Of a stretch of DNA of 42,172 nucleotides, positions 20,957-30,016 are shown in pieces. Under the pieces are notes generated by a model. The model was not told the DNA's origin, did not search any database, and saw nothing but the letters and a program-made list of their open reading frames with translations. This DNA is from Candidatus Aminicenantales bacterium. GTDB taxonomy: Bacteria > Acidobacteriota > Aminicenantia > Aminicenantales > UBA4085. Each line of letters opens with the position of its first letter. Within the stretch, counting starts at the first letter, position 1. Where the stretch lies: positions 62,001 to 104,172 of the forward strand of contig JBEKTZ010000008.1 of the NCBI GenBank assembly GCA_049515535.1, in the 5' to 3' direction. The position numbers and the translations under genes are program-made.

Positions 20957-21061
20957 AATCTCGACGATCTACGCTGTTTCTTCCCGGACACTCAAGGCCA
21001 TTGTAATGGATTCGCCGAGGCTCCGCAACTGGAAAGCGATTTCGGAAGCGTGAAAGCTTGA

Positions 21062-21622
21062 TCACGCGCGGGACGCGGATCCCCTATAGAAAAGGAGCGT
21101 ATCGTCGCCGATAGTGACCTGGCGGCCGAGCGTGAAGTAGGGCGAATCGAATTTCGTCTTGAAATGACGCCGAAGGACGATCAGTCCGCCCGGGGTCAGG
21201 ATCCCCCGCTTATAGATGACTTTCAGGGGATTCCTTTCCTCTAAAAGCCGATACGGCGGGTCCAGGAAAATGAGGGAGAAAACGGACTTGGCTTTGGCCA
21301 GCCTGATGACGGCCCTATTGAACTCCTCGGCCATGACGCGCGCTTTGTCGTCTGCTGCGCATTTGGCGAGGTTATGCTTGATCGTAGAGACGGCGGGTTT
21401 GAAGAGCTCGATGAACACGGCGCTCTCGGCCCCGCGGCTGAGGGCTTCGATACCGATCGAGCCCGTCCCGGCGAAGCCGTCGAGCACGGTCGCCCCCCGG
21501 ACATCGTCCCGAAGAATATTGAAGAGGGCGGTTTTGAGCTTGTCCGGCATGGGCCGGACAAGCGGGTTCGCCACTTTGCGCAGGCGCTTTCCCTTATAGA
21601 TTCCGCTGATGACTCGGATCAT
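21062..21622 (-). CDS. rsmD: 16S rRNA (guanine966-N2)-methyltransferase
   Basis: MIRVISGIYKGKRL, LDGFAGTGSIGIEALSRGA and FLDPPY motifs. Confidence 0.93.
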   Translation of the reverse strand: MIRVISGIYKGKRLRKVANPLVRPMPDKLKTALFNILRDDVRGATVLDGFAGTGSIGIEALSRGAESAVFIELFKPAVSTIKHNLAKCAADDKARVMAEEFNRAVIRLAKAKSVFSLIFLDPPYRLLEERNPLKVIYKRGILTPGGLIVLRRHFKTKFDSPYFTLGRQVTIGDDTLLFYRGSASRA

Positions 21623-21631
21623 GGTTTCATG

Positions 21632-22225
21632 TCAGTAAACCACGGAGATTCGGCCGGCCCCCGTTTGGATATCTTTGATCCCGGGCGGCAGCGCATACCA
21701 ATCATGGAGGCTGAAGGGATCGGACTTGCCCAGTTTCACAGCCACGTAGACGACAAGGTCCAGGAGCATCAGGGGGACTTGCTGACCGTCGAGAAACAAT
21801 TTTTGAAAATCAAGCCGGGCTTCTCCGTCGCGGGTGGCCAAGACGCCCGCGAAATAAAAGTTCATTTCCGGCTTGAGCACGGCCGGGAGCTTCTGCCCTT
21901 GGAGATCGAGGAAAATTTTTCCTTCGATGCGGTTCCGATCCAAAATCTTGAGACGCAGTTCCTTCATGACGTTGGCTTTTTCCGCGGCGATGCGATAAGC
22001 GATATAGGAATTGAACTCGCTCTCCGTGAAATCCATTTTTCTCGGCGGCCCGGACTTCCCCATCAGGCTCTCGGCTTCGACGTGGTCGAGAAAGCGGATG
22101 ATCTTGAGCGCTTCGCGGCGGGTTTCGGCCGTCAATTCGCCGCTCCGGCCGGCCGCGATCATGAATAGGAATCCGCAGAGCGTTATCACCGGCCTGCGCA
22201 TTTTCGCGGACATGAGCATCGTCAT
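21632..22225 (-). CDS. Hypothetical exported protein
   Basis: 197 aa ORF with an N-terminal hydrophobic segment, co-oriented with and 9 nt upstream of rsmD. The start is uncertain. Confidence 0.7.
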   Translation of the reverse strand: MTMLMSAKMRRPVITLCGFLFMIAAGRSGELTAETRREALKIIRFLDHVEAESLMGKSGPPRKMDFTESEFNSYIAYRIAAEKANVMKELRLKILDRNRIEGKIFLDLQGQKLPAVLKPEMNFYFAGVLATRDGEARLDFQKLFLDGQQVPLMLLDLVVYVAVKLGKSDPFSLHDWYALPPGIKDIQTGAGRISVVY

Positions 22226-22350
22226 TTTTTATCATGCTAACAAATCAAAGCTCTCCTGTAAATATGGAACGTCCGGAAAATTGGTCGAAGAGAAGCCAAA
22301 AAGATGGGGGGGGAAGATGGGGAGGATGAGACGGCCGGCTTGATATCCGG

Positions 22351-23163
22351 CTATTTGATGGGCGCGAACGGAGAGACGGGCGTTTTTTCCGTGATATTGA
22401 TGATCCCGGCCATGATCGCTCCGGTTCCAGCGACGACCCAGGCGATTCCGCACGGCGTCAGGAAGAAGGGCACGATGCCCTTTTTGCAAACGACATAGAC
22501 GCCATCGCCGGTCTGGACGGCGCCCCTGACTTTCATCCATGCGGTCTCCCCGACCAGCGCGCGCCGGACGGTCTTTTCGCCAACCCGTAAAGACCCGGCG
22601 TCCTGAGAAAAATTCGTCTGGATGCCTCTGATCCGGATGCTGTCGTCCGTTTGCAGGATGCCGCGTTCTATGAAAACGCTCGCTTCTCTGGCGTCGGGAT
22701 CGTACTGGACGATCCGGCCGATCCTCGATTCTCCCTGGTTATCGGGCTGAGCTTGGTCGCGGAGGACTTCTTGAACGGACGACTGAACGCCGCTTTCATA
22801 AGGATTCAAGGAAATGGTCACCTTGGTCGTTTCGTTGGTTAGGATGCCGACGAGATCATTGGAATTGAAATCGCCCAGAGACGTCGTAATACCGAACGTA
22901 TAAATGCCTTTGCTCAAGCCTTCGATCTTGAAAACGCCCGAGCTGTCCGAAGGCGAACTTTCATAAATAGTGCCGGAAGTGATATTCCTCAGTTTCGCGA
23001 CCGCCCCGGGGATAGGCGTTCTGCCGTCGCGGTCAAAGACATAGCCGATGAGATTCCCCTTCTCGATGACTTGGGAGGTCAAGAAGCCGGGAAAAAGGCA
23101 AAAAACGACGAATAACGGGATGAAAGAAAGAACGGCCTTTCTAGCCTTGGCTAACTCGAACAT
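22351..23163 (-). CDS. Exported protein: carboxypeptidase-regulatory-like Ig domain, beta-barrel domain and C-terminal TM segment
   Basis: Signal peptide; GYVFDRDGRTPIPGA..SDSSGVFKIEGLSKGIY; C-terminal hydrophobic GIAWVVAGTGAIMAGII; RBS AGGAG. Confidence 0.75.
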   Translation of the reverse strand: MFELAKARKAVLSFIPLFVVFCLFPGFLTSQVIEKGNLIGYVFDRDGRTPIPGAVAKLRNITSGTIYESSPSDSSGVFKIEGLSKGIYTFGITTSLGDFNSNDLVGILTNETTKVTISLNPYESGVQSSVQEVLRDQAQPDNQGESRIGRIVQYDPDAREASVFIERGILQTDDSIRIRGIQTNFSQDAGSLRVGEKTVRRALVGETAWMKVRGAVQTGDGVYVVCKKGIVPFFLTPCGIAWVVAGTGAIMAGIINITEKTPVSPFAPIK

Positions 23164-23245
23164 AAAATACTCCTGCCCCAGAGAATAATAGCATAAGCGT
23201 TAAAACCAGCGAAGTCAAGAAAAATTTCCAGATCATGATATATCT

Positions 23246-24973
23246 CTATTTCTCGGATTTCCCGTTTTTTTCCCCGGGTTTATTGGCTTGTTCCGCCGCG
23301 AGCGCCAGCTTAGCCAGGACAATATCCTTATTGACGGGAATGATTTGACAAACATTGATCCCGGGAATCGGATTAATACGGAAGGAAAGCTCCGGTTCCT
23401 TCAGATAATCCTCCCAAACCGCCTGACCATTGAAGAAAACGGACACGAGCGGTGACGGCTCTTGCGGATCGCTTCGAAAAACCAGCGAAACCGTCGTCTG
23501 TCTTCCATCGAGCATCAGTTCCTGGGAATACGCTTCTCCCCTCCGGATCGTCAAGTTCGTATAAGTCAACTCCGGAGGGGTCAGGATCTTTTGAATCTCT
23601 TCGTACATCGTCTGGATCTGTTCGGTATCGTTGAGCCGTTCGTAATTTTTTTTGATCTTCAAGAGAATGCCGAGGTCCTTAGCTCCCATGGTCCTGGCTT
23701 TTTGATAGAAATTGTTGGATTCGTAAATATAGTCGAGCTTTTGATAGGAATCTCCCACCAGCTCAAGGATTTTGATGTATTCGTTCCGCATCGTCTCGGG
23801 AACCACGAGGAAACTCTGATCCAAACTGTTCCCGACATCCACGATGTCCCGGTACCGGTTTTGTTTATAGCTCAGCCAGATCGCGAACGAAAATTGACCG
23901 AAATCCTTGAATCCAAGGCCGGATTTTTCCTGAATCAAGCCGCGCTCGCGGAGGAAGCTTTCGAGCTCGCCGACACCCGAGCTCTTTTCCTCGAACATCA
24001 GATAAGAGCGCAGATACGGCATAGCTTTGTCCAGGCTGCGCGTGTCTTCGATCAAACACTTGGCCAGGCCTAAATACGACATTTTCTGGAGGTTCTGGAA
24101 GGCCATGGGATCGATCAGGCTTTGGAGTTTCAGCGCTTGATAGAACTTGATGTTTTGGAGCAAACCGAGGGTCGCCTGGAAATGGTCCCCGGCCTGTCTG
24201 AGCTTGAACATCTGGGCCGCCTCGCGACCCGCTTCGTATTCGCTTTTCGCCTCGGCAAAATCAAGGCTTTCCGTCAGGCTCAAGAATTTGAGCCGCTCCT
24301 CGCGGTCCAGGGATCGCTCTCCCAGGAATTGAGCGAACATCCGATAGGCGGTCCGATCCTTGGGCAAGATTTTTTCGATGAAATCATAATCCTTCACGTT
24401 CAAAGCCCAGAGATTGAACAATTCCATCAGCCGGGTCGGATTGATCTGCTGCAAGGTCCGCTGGAAAATTACGACCGTGAATTGCCGTTCATCGGCGGTC
24501 AACACCGGCCAGCGCGCCAACATCACCCGGCCCACTTCATAATAGATGTCCATATTGTACTTGGCCAGCACGGCCGCGTGTTTGAATTCATCGAAATACG
24601 GGATGCGCGCGACGGGGAGCGAAAGATAATTCATATAGAGCAGAGCCTGGGCGAAATCAAAATGCGTGGACGCCGAAAAGGGATTGATGTCCAGCGCAAG
24701 GGCATAATGACGATAGGAATTCTGAAAAGCCTCGTCCCGGCGCTCGACGTTTTGTAGATTTTCGAGGCCCAATTCAAAATACGCTTTTCCCAGTTCATGG
24801 TAGAGGCCGTCATGAACGGGATAGATCGTTTGTTCCTTCTCCAGGATGGCGATCCGGGCTTGCGGGACGGCCGGAATTTTCCGGGCCTGTTCATACAATT
24901 GATCGCCCCGGAACAAAACGATCTCCGCGGCTGCGCAGCCGAGAAGAAGAAGGGCGGCCAGCGCTTTTTTCAT
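23246..24973 (-). CDS. Exported TPR-like helical protein in the polysaccharide cluster
   Basis: Signal-like MKKALAALLLLG; TPR-like segments LYHELGKAYFELG and ALALDINPFSASTHFDFAQAL. Confidence 0.7.
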   Translation of the reverse strand: MKKALAALLLLGCAAAEIVLFRGDQLYEQARKIPAVPQARIAILEKEQTIYPVHDGLYHELGKAYFELGLENLQNVERRDEAFQNSYRHYALALDINPFSASTHFDFAQALLYMNYLSLPVARIPYFDEFKHAAVLAKYNMDIYYEVGRVMLARWPVLTADERQFTVVIFQRTLQQINPTRLMELFNLWALNVKDYDFIEKILPKDRTAYRMFAQFLGERSLDREERLKFLSLTESLDFAEAKSEYEAGREAAQMFKLRQAGDHFQATLGLLQNIKFYQALKLQSLIDPMAFQNLQKMSYLGLAKCLIEDTRSLDKAMPYLRSYLMFEEKSSGVGELESFLRERGLIQEKSGLGFKDFGQFSFAIWLSYKQNRYRDIVDVGNSLDQSFLVVPETMRNEYIKILELVGDSYQKLDYIYESNNFYQKARTMGAKDLGILLKIKKNYERLNDTEQIQTMYEEIQKILTPPELTYTNLTIRRGEAYSQELMLDGRQTTVSLVFRSDPQEPSPLVSVFFNGQAVWEDYLKEPELSFRINPIPGINVCQIIPVNKDIVLAKLALAAEQANKPGEKNGKSEK

Positions 24974-24977
24974 CGGA

Positions 24978-26525
24978 TCACGCTCTCTTCCGATAATACG
25001 CCGTCGTCCAAGCCAGCGACAGGACGACGGTGAACAACAGAATGTTTGCGGGGATATGCAAATTGAAATCCGTAATGCTATGGAAGGCCATGACCGCGAC
25101 GGCGACGATCAATCCCAGGCCCAGGCCTTTGATCTCCGGGTTCTTTCGCTTGGCCCACGTCTTGAAGGCGTCGCCGGCGATAAAGAATAGGCCGGCCATG
25201 AGCAGCGTGAAGCCCACGAGTCCGAGCTCGGAGAAATATTCCAAATAATCGTTGTGCGCGTGGACGAGGGGCCCGTCCAGTCCGGTATTGTCATAGGCCG
25301 AAAAGACGGCCGGAAACGTGCCCAGCCCGGAGCCCAGCAAGGGAAAATCTCCGATGACGTTCAATACGTCGGCCCAATACTTCGGCCGGCCGTCCTGGAG
25401 GAGGTTGTCCTGGGAAAATCGGCGCACGGTGGAATCCACACCGACATAAAGAGCGATCAAGGTGACTAAAACGATCGTGACTTTGAGAAAAGTCTTGATC
25501 CAGATCTGCCTGTATCTCGCGACCCCGAAAGAATAGACGGTGAGCGTGAAGAACAGGAAGAACGTGAAAGCCAAGAGAAAGACGCCCGAGCGGGAATTCG
25601 AGCGAAAGATCGCCAGGGACATCACCAGGATCGACAGGATCACGAAGACGTTGACCGCGAAGCCCTGGGCGGCCATCTGGGCGATGCGCTCCTTCCACTT
25701 TTTTCCCGGCATGGAGAACAGGTTGATCCGGGAGATCACGAGCCCGAGAGCCAAAGGCAGGATCATTTCCAGATAGCCGGAAAAATGGTTGCGGTTGACG
25801 AACGTTCCCGTGACGGAGTCCAAGCTGAACACCTTTTTGTAAAAAAGGATGTGCGGGTTGCTCCGATAGAGCTCAAAAAACCCGTAAAAGGCCTCGAATG
25901 TCCCCATGAGAATCAGCCCGATGATGAATTTTCGGATCTGGCGACCGCGGGTGACGGTTTTTATGACTAAAAAGCCGATCAGGAAGTACGAAAGGAGTTC
26001 GAGGCCCGTCCGCAGCGTCTGGGAAGGGACAAGGGACAGCGGGACCGAGGACGGATCGGAGAAGTTCGGGATAAAGAGCTTTCGGAGAGCGAGAGATGCC
26101 GGCGAGATCGTTTGGACGATAATCCGGGGCAGGGGAATCATCTGCACGCCAAAGAAAAGAAATAGAGCGGAAAAGATCGCCATCGGCCATTTCAATTTCG
26201 GCTTGAGATGGACGTTGAAATTCGGGGTCCGTCCCACGAAAAGATACAACAGCGTCAGGGCGATCGCGCCCAGTTCGATCACGGTGATCGACCAGCGTTC
26301 GACAGAGGCCGCCGGAAGAGGGCTGAAAATGAGGAGCGCGAGAAGTCCGTTTTCTATGACCTTCCGGAGGAACCGGTCCTTTTTCGTCGGCCCGGAGGAA
26401 GATCCGTTTTCGGGCCGGTCATCCGTGTATTCCCGCGAAGAATAGACGCCGCGATCCGTTCCGCCGCGCGGCCAGGGAATCGCCTCCGGAAAATCGGGGA
26501 GCGGAGCGGGGCGCGGGGCGGACAT
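24978..26525 (-). CDS. O-antigen ligase / Wzy_C family membrane protein
   Basis: Multiple TM segments; GTFVNRNHFSGYL, SNSRSG, GSGLGTF and HAHNDYLE motifs. Confidence 0.88.
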   Translation of the reverse strand: MSAPRPAPLPDFPEAIPWPRGGTDRGVYSSREYTDDRPENGSSSGPTKKDRFLRKVIENGLLALLIFSPLPAASVERWSITVIELGAIALTLLYLFVGRTPNFNVHLKPKLKWPMAIFSALFLFFGVQMIPLPRIIVQTISPASLALRKLFIPNFSDPSSVPLSLVPSQTLRTGLELLSYFLIGFLVIKTVTRGRQIRKFIIGLILMGTFEAFYGFFELYRSNPHILFYKKVFSLDSVTGTFVNRNHFSGYLEMILPLALGLVISRINLFSMPGKKWKERIAQMAAQGFAVNVFVILSILVMSLAIFRSNSRSGVFLLAFTFFLFFTLTVYSFGVARYRQIWIKTFLKVTIVLVTLIALYVGVDSTVRRFSQDNLLQDGRPKYWADVLNVIGDFPLLGSGLGTFPAVFSAYDNTGLDGPLVHAHNDYLEYFSELGLVGFTLLMAGLFFIAGDAFKTWAKRKNPEIKGLGLGLIVAVAVMAFHSITDFNLHIPANILLFTVVLSLAWTTAYYRKRA

Positions 26526-28864
26526 TACCCTCTCCTCGCCGACTGCTTCTTGCGCGGAGCGTCGTCGACGGACTTATCCTGGTAGTATTCGTATTGAAAA
26601 TACGGCGAATATTGATCGCCGCCGAACCGTCGGATCCTCGTGTCGTTGAAGATGACGCCGATGACCTTGGCCTTGGCTTTATTCAGTTCCACCACCGTCC
26701 TGGAGAGGGACTTGCGCACCGTCTTTCCCGTGCGAACGATCAGGACCGTGCTGTCCACGAAGGAGCAGACGATCACCGGATCGATGACGGCCAACACCGG
26801 CGGCGTATCGATCAAGACGATATCGAACGTGTCTTTGACGTGCGTCATGAGGTCCCGCATTTTCGGGGAATTCAGGAGTTCGGCGGGATTGGGCGGATGC
26901 GGCCCGCAAGGCAGCAGCCAAAAATTATCGATGGCGGTCTTCTGGATCGCCTCCTCCAGGCTTACCTGACCGGTCAGATAGACGCTCAAGCCGGCCGAAT
27001 TCCGGACTTTGAAGATCTTGTGGAGACGCGGCTTGCGGAGGTCCGCGTCGATGGCCAACACTTTTCCCCCGATCTGAGCGAAGGAGATCGCCAGGTTGGC
27101 GACGGTGACGGACTTCCCTTCCTGAGGAGCGCTGCTGGTGAAGGCGATCGTTTTCGGCCCTTTATCGGTGAACGAGAACAGGATGGACGTTCGGACGGAC
27201 CGATAATCCTCGGCGATGGAAATCTTGGGAAACAAATGATTGATGAGTTCGATCTCGCCGGCTTTCGACAGCGCGGCTTCCATGGCCGGATCATCCTTCC
27301 CGCCGTAGCGATACTGATAGCCGGAAGAGTAAAAATGGCCCCGTTTTTTCAAGCCGTCCGGGGAAAAATGGGGAATGACGCCCAGCGACCCCAGGCCGGT
27401 CAATTTCTCCACGTCCTCCGGCCCCTTGATCGTGTTGTCCATGAAATCGGCGAGGAAGGCTAGACCGACCCCGAAGATCAATCCCAGGAGGACCGCCACG
27501 ATCAGGTTCCGCTTCTTGTTCGGGGAGATGGGATGCTCGGGAACCAGCGCCCGGTCGACGACCTTGACGTAGCTCGTCCCCAACCCGCCCAGGCGAGCCG
27601 AGACAAGAGTTTCATTCTGTTTGGCGACCAGGGAATTGAGGAGCGTTCTCTTGTTGTCGACGTCGATCTGCAGGCTGCGTTGGAGGATGGCGTTGTTGTT
27701 CATCTTGACGACGTCGGCTCTCTGCGCGTCGAGAAGATTCATCAACTCCATCTCGTTTTTCAGTGCTGTCCGGTATTCGGCTTCGGCGGACTGGATTGCT
27801 TTCTTGATCTCGCTGTCGAGCGCGGCTCTTGTGTTATCGAGCTTGACCTTGAGCTGGATCATCACCGGATGCTCCGGTTTATAGTCCAGACTTTTTTCCG
27901 CGTATTCGTTCTTCAATTGCGCGTAATTGCCCTTCAGGGTCTGGATCAACGTATTACTCACGAACTGCGGCAGGAAATCCACCTGGAGGCTCGTCAGCTC
28001 CCGCCAGGCGTTTTCCGCCCGGATGCGCTGGACCTGCGCTTCCGTATGTTTGTTGCTCACGTCGCTGAACTTGCTGATCGTATTGTTGTCCTTGTCGCTC
28101 AGCGACAGCAGTTTCTTTTCTTCGCCGTATTTCTGGAGCTCCCGCTCTTTCGTCGCCAGGTCGTCCCGGAGCTGGGCGATCTGCTCGCTCAAGAATTCCG
28201 AGGTCTGCTGCGTCGCCGCGTAGCGGGTCTCGACCGTGAAAGCGATGAATTCGTCGATGAGCGCGTTGACGATGTCCGCGGCCAGCTTGGGCTCGGACGT
28301 TTTGAAGTTGACGTTCACCAGGGACGTTTCCTCGATCTCGACGACGCTCAGTCCCCAAGAAATCCACGTCGCGTAGTAAGCGTAAGGATCGGCGGGCATG
28401 GCCGCGTTTTCGGATGACGTTTCCGCTTTTTTTTGGGGGAAGAGCCAGCGCAGGGACAGGACAGTCTGGAGGTTCCGGATGAGGCTTCTTTCCTCTTTCC
28501 GGGAATCCTGGAACTCGGACCGCGAAGGAAGATTCATCTTCTTGGCGACCCGTTCCGCCAGCGTGCGGCTGAGCAGGATCTTGAGCTGGGTTTTGAAAAA
28601 GGACCCCGAAAAACTGAGGTTCGTCCCTCCCGAGGTCAGGATTTCCTGGATATTCGGCACGCTGGACGCCGGCTCTTCGATCAGGATATTCGCCGTCGCC
28701 TGATAGATCGGCGTCGCGGTGAATGTATAGATCGCGGCAAAAACGACGATGACGGTGACGGAACTGAAGACAGCCCACCTGCGCTTGAGGATGATTCTCC
28801 AGTAATCGAGAAGATCGACTTGCGTCTTCCCGGTCGCTTTGTTCGCAGGCATCATCGGCGTCAT
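26525..28864 (-). CDS. wzc: Polysaccharide co-polymerase / tyrosine autokinase (Wzc/GumC)
   Basis: N-terminal Wzz-like TM, coiled coil, second TM, Walker A PQEGKS, IDADLRKP, IDTPP and a C-terminal Tyr cluster QYSPYFQYEYY. Confidence 0.93.
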   Translation of the reverse strand: MTPMMPANKATGKTQVDLLDYWRIILKRRWAVFSSVTVIVVFAAIYTFTATPIYQATANILIEEPASSVPNIQEILTSGGTNLSFSGSFFKTQLKILLSRTLAERVAKKMNLPSRSEFQDSRKEERSLIRNLQTVLSLRWLFPQKKAETSSENAAMPADPYAYYATWISWGLSVVEIEETSLVNVNFKTSEPKLAADIVNALIDEFIAFTVETRYAATQQTSEFLSEQIAQLRDDLATKERELQKYGEEKKLLSLSDKDNNTISKFSDVSNKHTEAQVQRIRAENAWRELTSLQVDFLPQFVSNTLIQTLKGNYAQLKNEYAEKSLDYKPEHPVMIQLKVKLDNTRAALDSEIKKAIQSAEAEYRTALKNEMELMNLLDAQRADVVKMNNNAILQRSLQIDVDNKRTLLNSLVAKQNETLVSARLGGLGTSYVKVVDRALVPEHPISPNKKRNLIVAVLLGLIFGVGLAFLADFMDNTIKGPEDVEKLTGLGSLGVIPHFSPDGLKKRGHFYSSGYQYRYGGKDDPAMEAALSKAGEIELINHLFPKISIAEDYRSVRTSILFSFTDKGPKTIAFTSSAPQEGKSVTVANLAISFAQIGGKVLAIDADLRKPRLHKIFKVRNSAGLSVYLTGQVSLEEAIQKTAIDNFWLLPCGPHPPNPAELLNSPKMRDLMTHVKDTFDIVLIDTPPVLAVIDPVIVCSFVDSTVLIVRTGKTVRKSLSRTVVELNKAKAKVIGVIFNDTRIRRFGGDQYSPYFQYEYYQDKSVDDAPRKKQSARRG

Positions 28865-29003
28865 ATTAAAACCTTACATCACGCGGAAAAATAACCATTC
28901 CAAGAGCATCGTACACTCCCCCGAAAAGCCGGGCAATCGTCCGGGAGGATGATTCAGGGGGTGATTTTTCATCCTCCTCCCTCCCCCCGAAAGGCGGGGA
29001 GGA

Positions 29004-29861
29004 TTAGAACCACGTCTGCGGCACGATAATGACGTCGTTCTCAAGGAGCGGAAAGTCCCTGATCTTTCCTTTCTTGATGTCTTTCACGTTGACGGTGAAA
29101 TTTTTCTCGGCGCCCTTTTCGTCCTTGCGTTTGACGATGACCCCTCCTTCGACGGCCCGGTCCGTGAACCCTCCGGCCTGGACGATCGCCTTGAAGAGCG
29201 TCGGAATGCTGGACTTTAAGACCCGAAGGGCTCCCGGGTTCTTGATCTCGCCGCTGAGGTAGATCAAGACTTCCTTATCGGCCGGAATATTGACGATGTC
29301 GCCGGGTTCGAGCGTGATATTGAGCTTTGGATCGCCCTTGAACATCAAGTCTTCGATGGGAACGCTCAGCCTTTCGCTCTGTCCGTCGGAGAGCTGGCGG
29401 AGGATGATGATCTCCTTCCCCACATCTTTGTTGAGTCCCCCGGCTTCGGAAATCAGCCACAGGAGGGTCTGGCGGCCGAGCAAATCGTAGGGTCCCTGCT
29501 TCGCGACGGCGCCGAGAACGGAAACTCTCTGGCTCCGGAATTCCAGGACGCGGACGAAGGCCTGCGGTTTTTGCAGATACTTTTCGTAAAGCCGGACCAG
29601 CTTCTTCTCGAGCTCCGAGGCCGTCAACCCGCTGACGTCGACTTCGCCGATCATGGCCAGCGTGACCCGCCCCTGTTGCGACACGCGGACTTGCGCTGTC
29701 AATTTGTCCTCGTTCAGGAATTTGATCTCGATCAGATCACTCGGACCAATCCTATACTCGGTGAAGCTCTTATCCGGGTTTTCCTGCGAACCCAGGAACA
29801 TAGCGACGGTCAGGAAGACGACGGTCCAGAGGAAAATGACGTTCCGTTTTTTGTTGGTCAT
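29004..29861 (-). CDS. wza: Polysaccharide export protein (Wza/OPX family with SLBB domains)
   Basis: EYRIGPSDLIEI, V.GLTASELE, VLGAVAKQG and AGGFTDRA; RBS AAGGAG before MTNKKR at 29861. Confidence 0.88.
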   Translation of the reverse strand: MTNKKRNVIFLWTVVFLTVAMFLGSQENPDKSFTEYRIGPSDLIEIKFLNEDKLTAQVRVSQQGRVTLAMIGEVDVSGLTASELEKKLVRLYEKYLQKPQAFVRVLEFRSQRVSVLGAVAKQGPYDLLGRQTLLWLISEAGGLNKDVGKEIIILRQLSDGQSERLSVPIEDLMFKGDPKLNITLEPGDIVNIPADKEVLIYLSGEIKNPGALRVLKSSIPTLFKAIVQAGGFTDRAVEGGVIVKRKDEKGAEKNFTVNVKDIKKGKIRDFPLLENDVIIVPQTWF

Positions 29862-29901
29862 GGCCGACTCCTTCATCAAAGCCCGAAGAGAGCCCGGACG
29901 A

Positions 29902-29967
29902 TCAAGGGACGAGCCTTCGCGGCAGAAGTGGACCCCCGGGCAACGCCCGGGGGCCCGGCTGCCGTCG
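29902..29967 (+). repeat. 66 bp palindromic repeat, copy B (intergenic)
   Basis: TCAAGGGACGAGCCTTCGCGGCAGAAGTGGACCCCCGGGCAACGCCCGGGGGCCCGGCTGCCGTCG. Confidence 0.95.
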
Positions 29968-30016
29968 AGAGACGCCGGGCCGGCTCCATTCTTTTCTTTC
30001 CAAAACGACGACGCCG

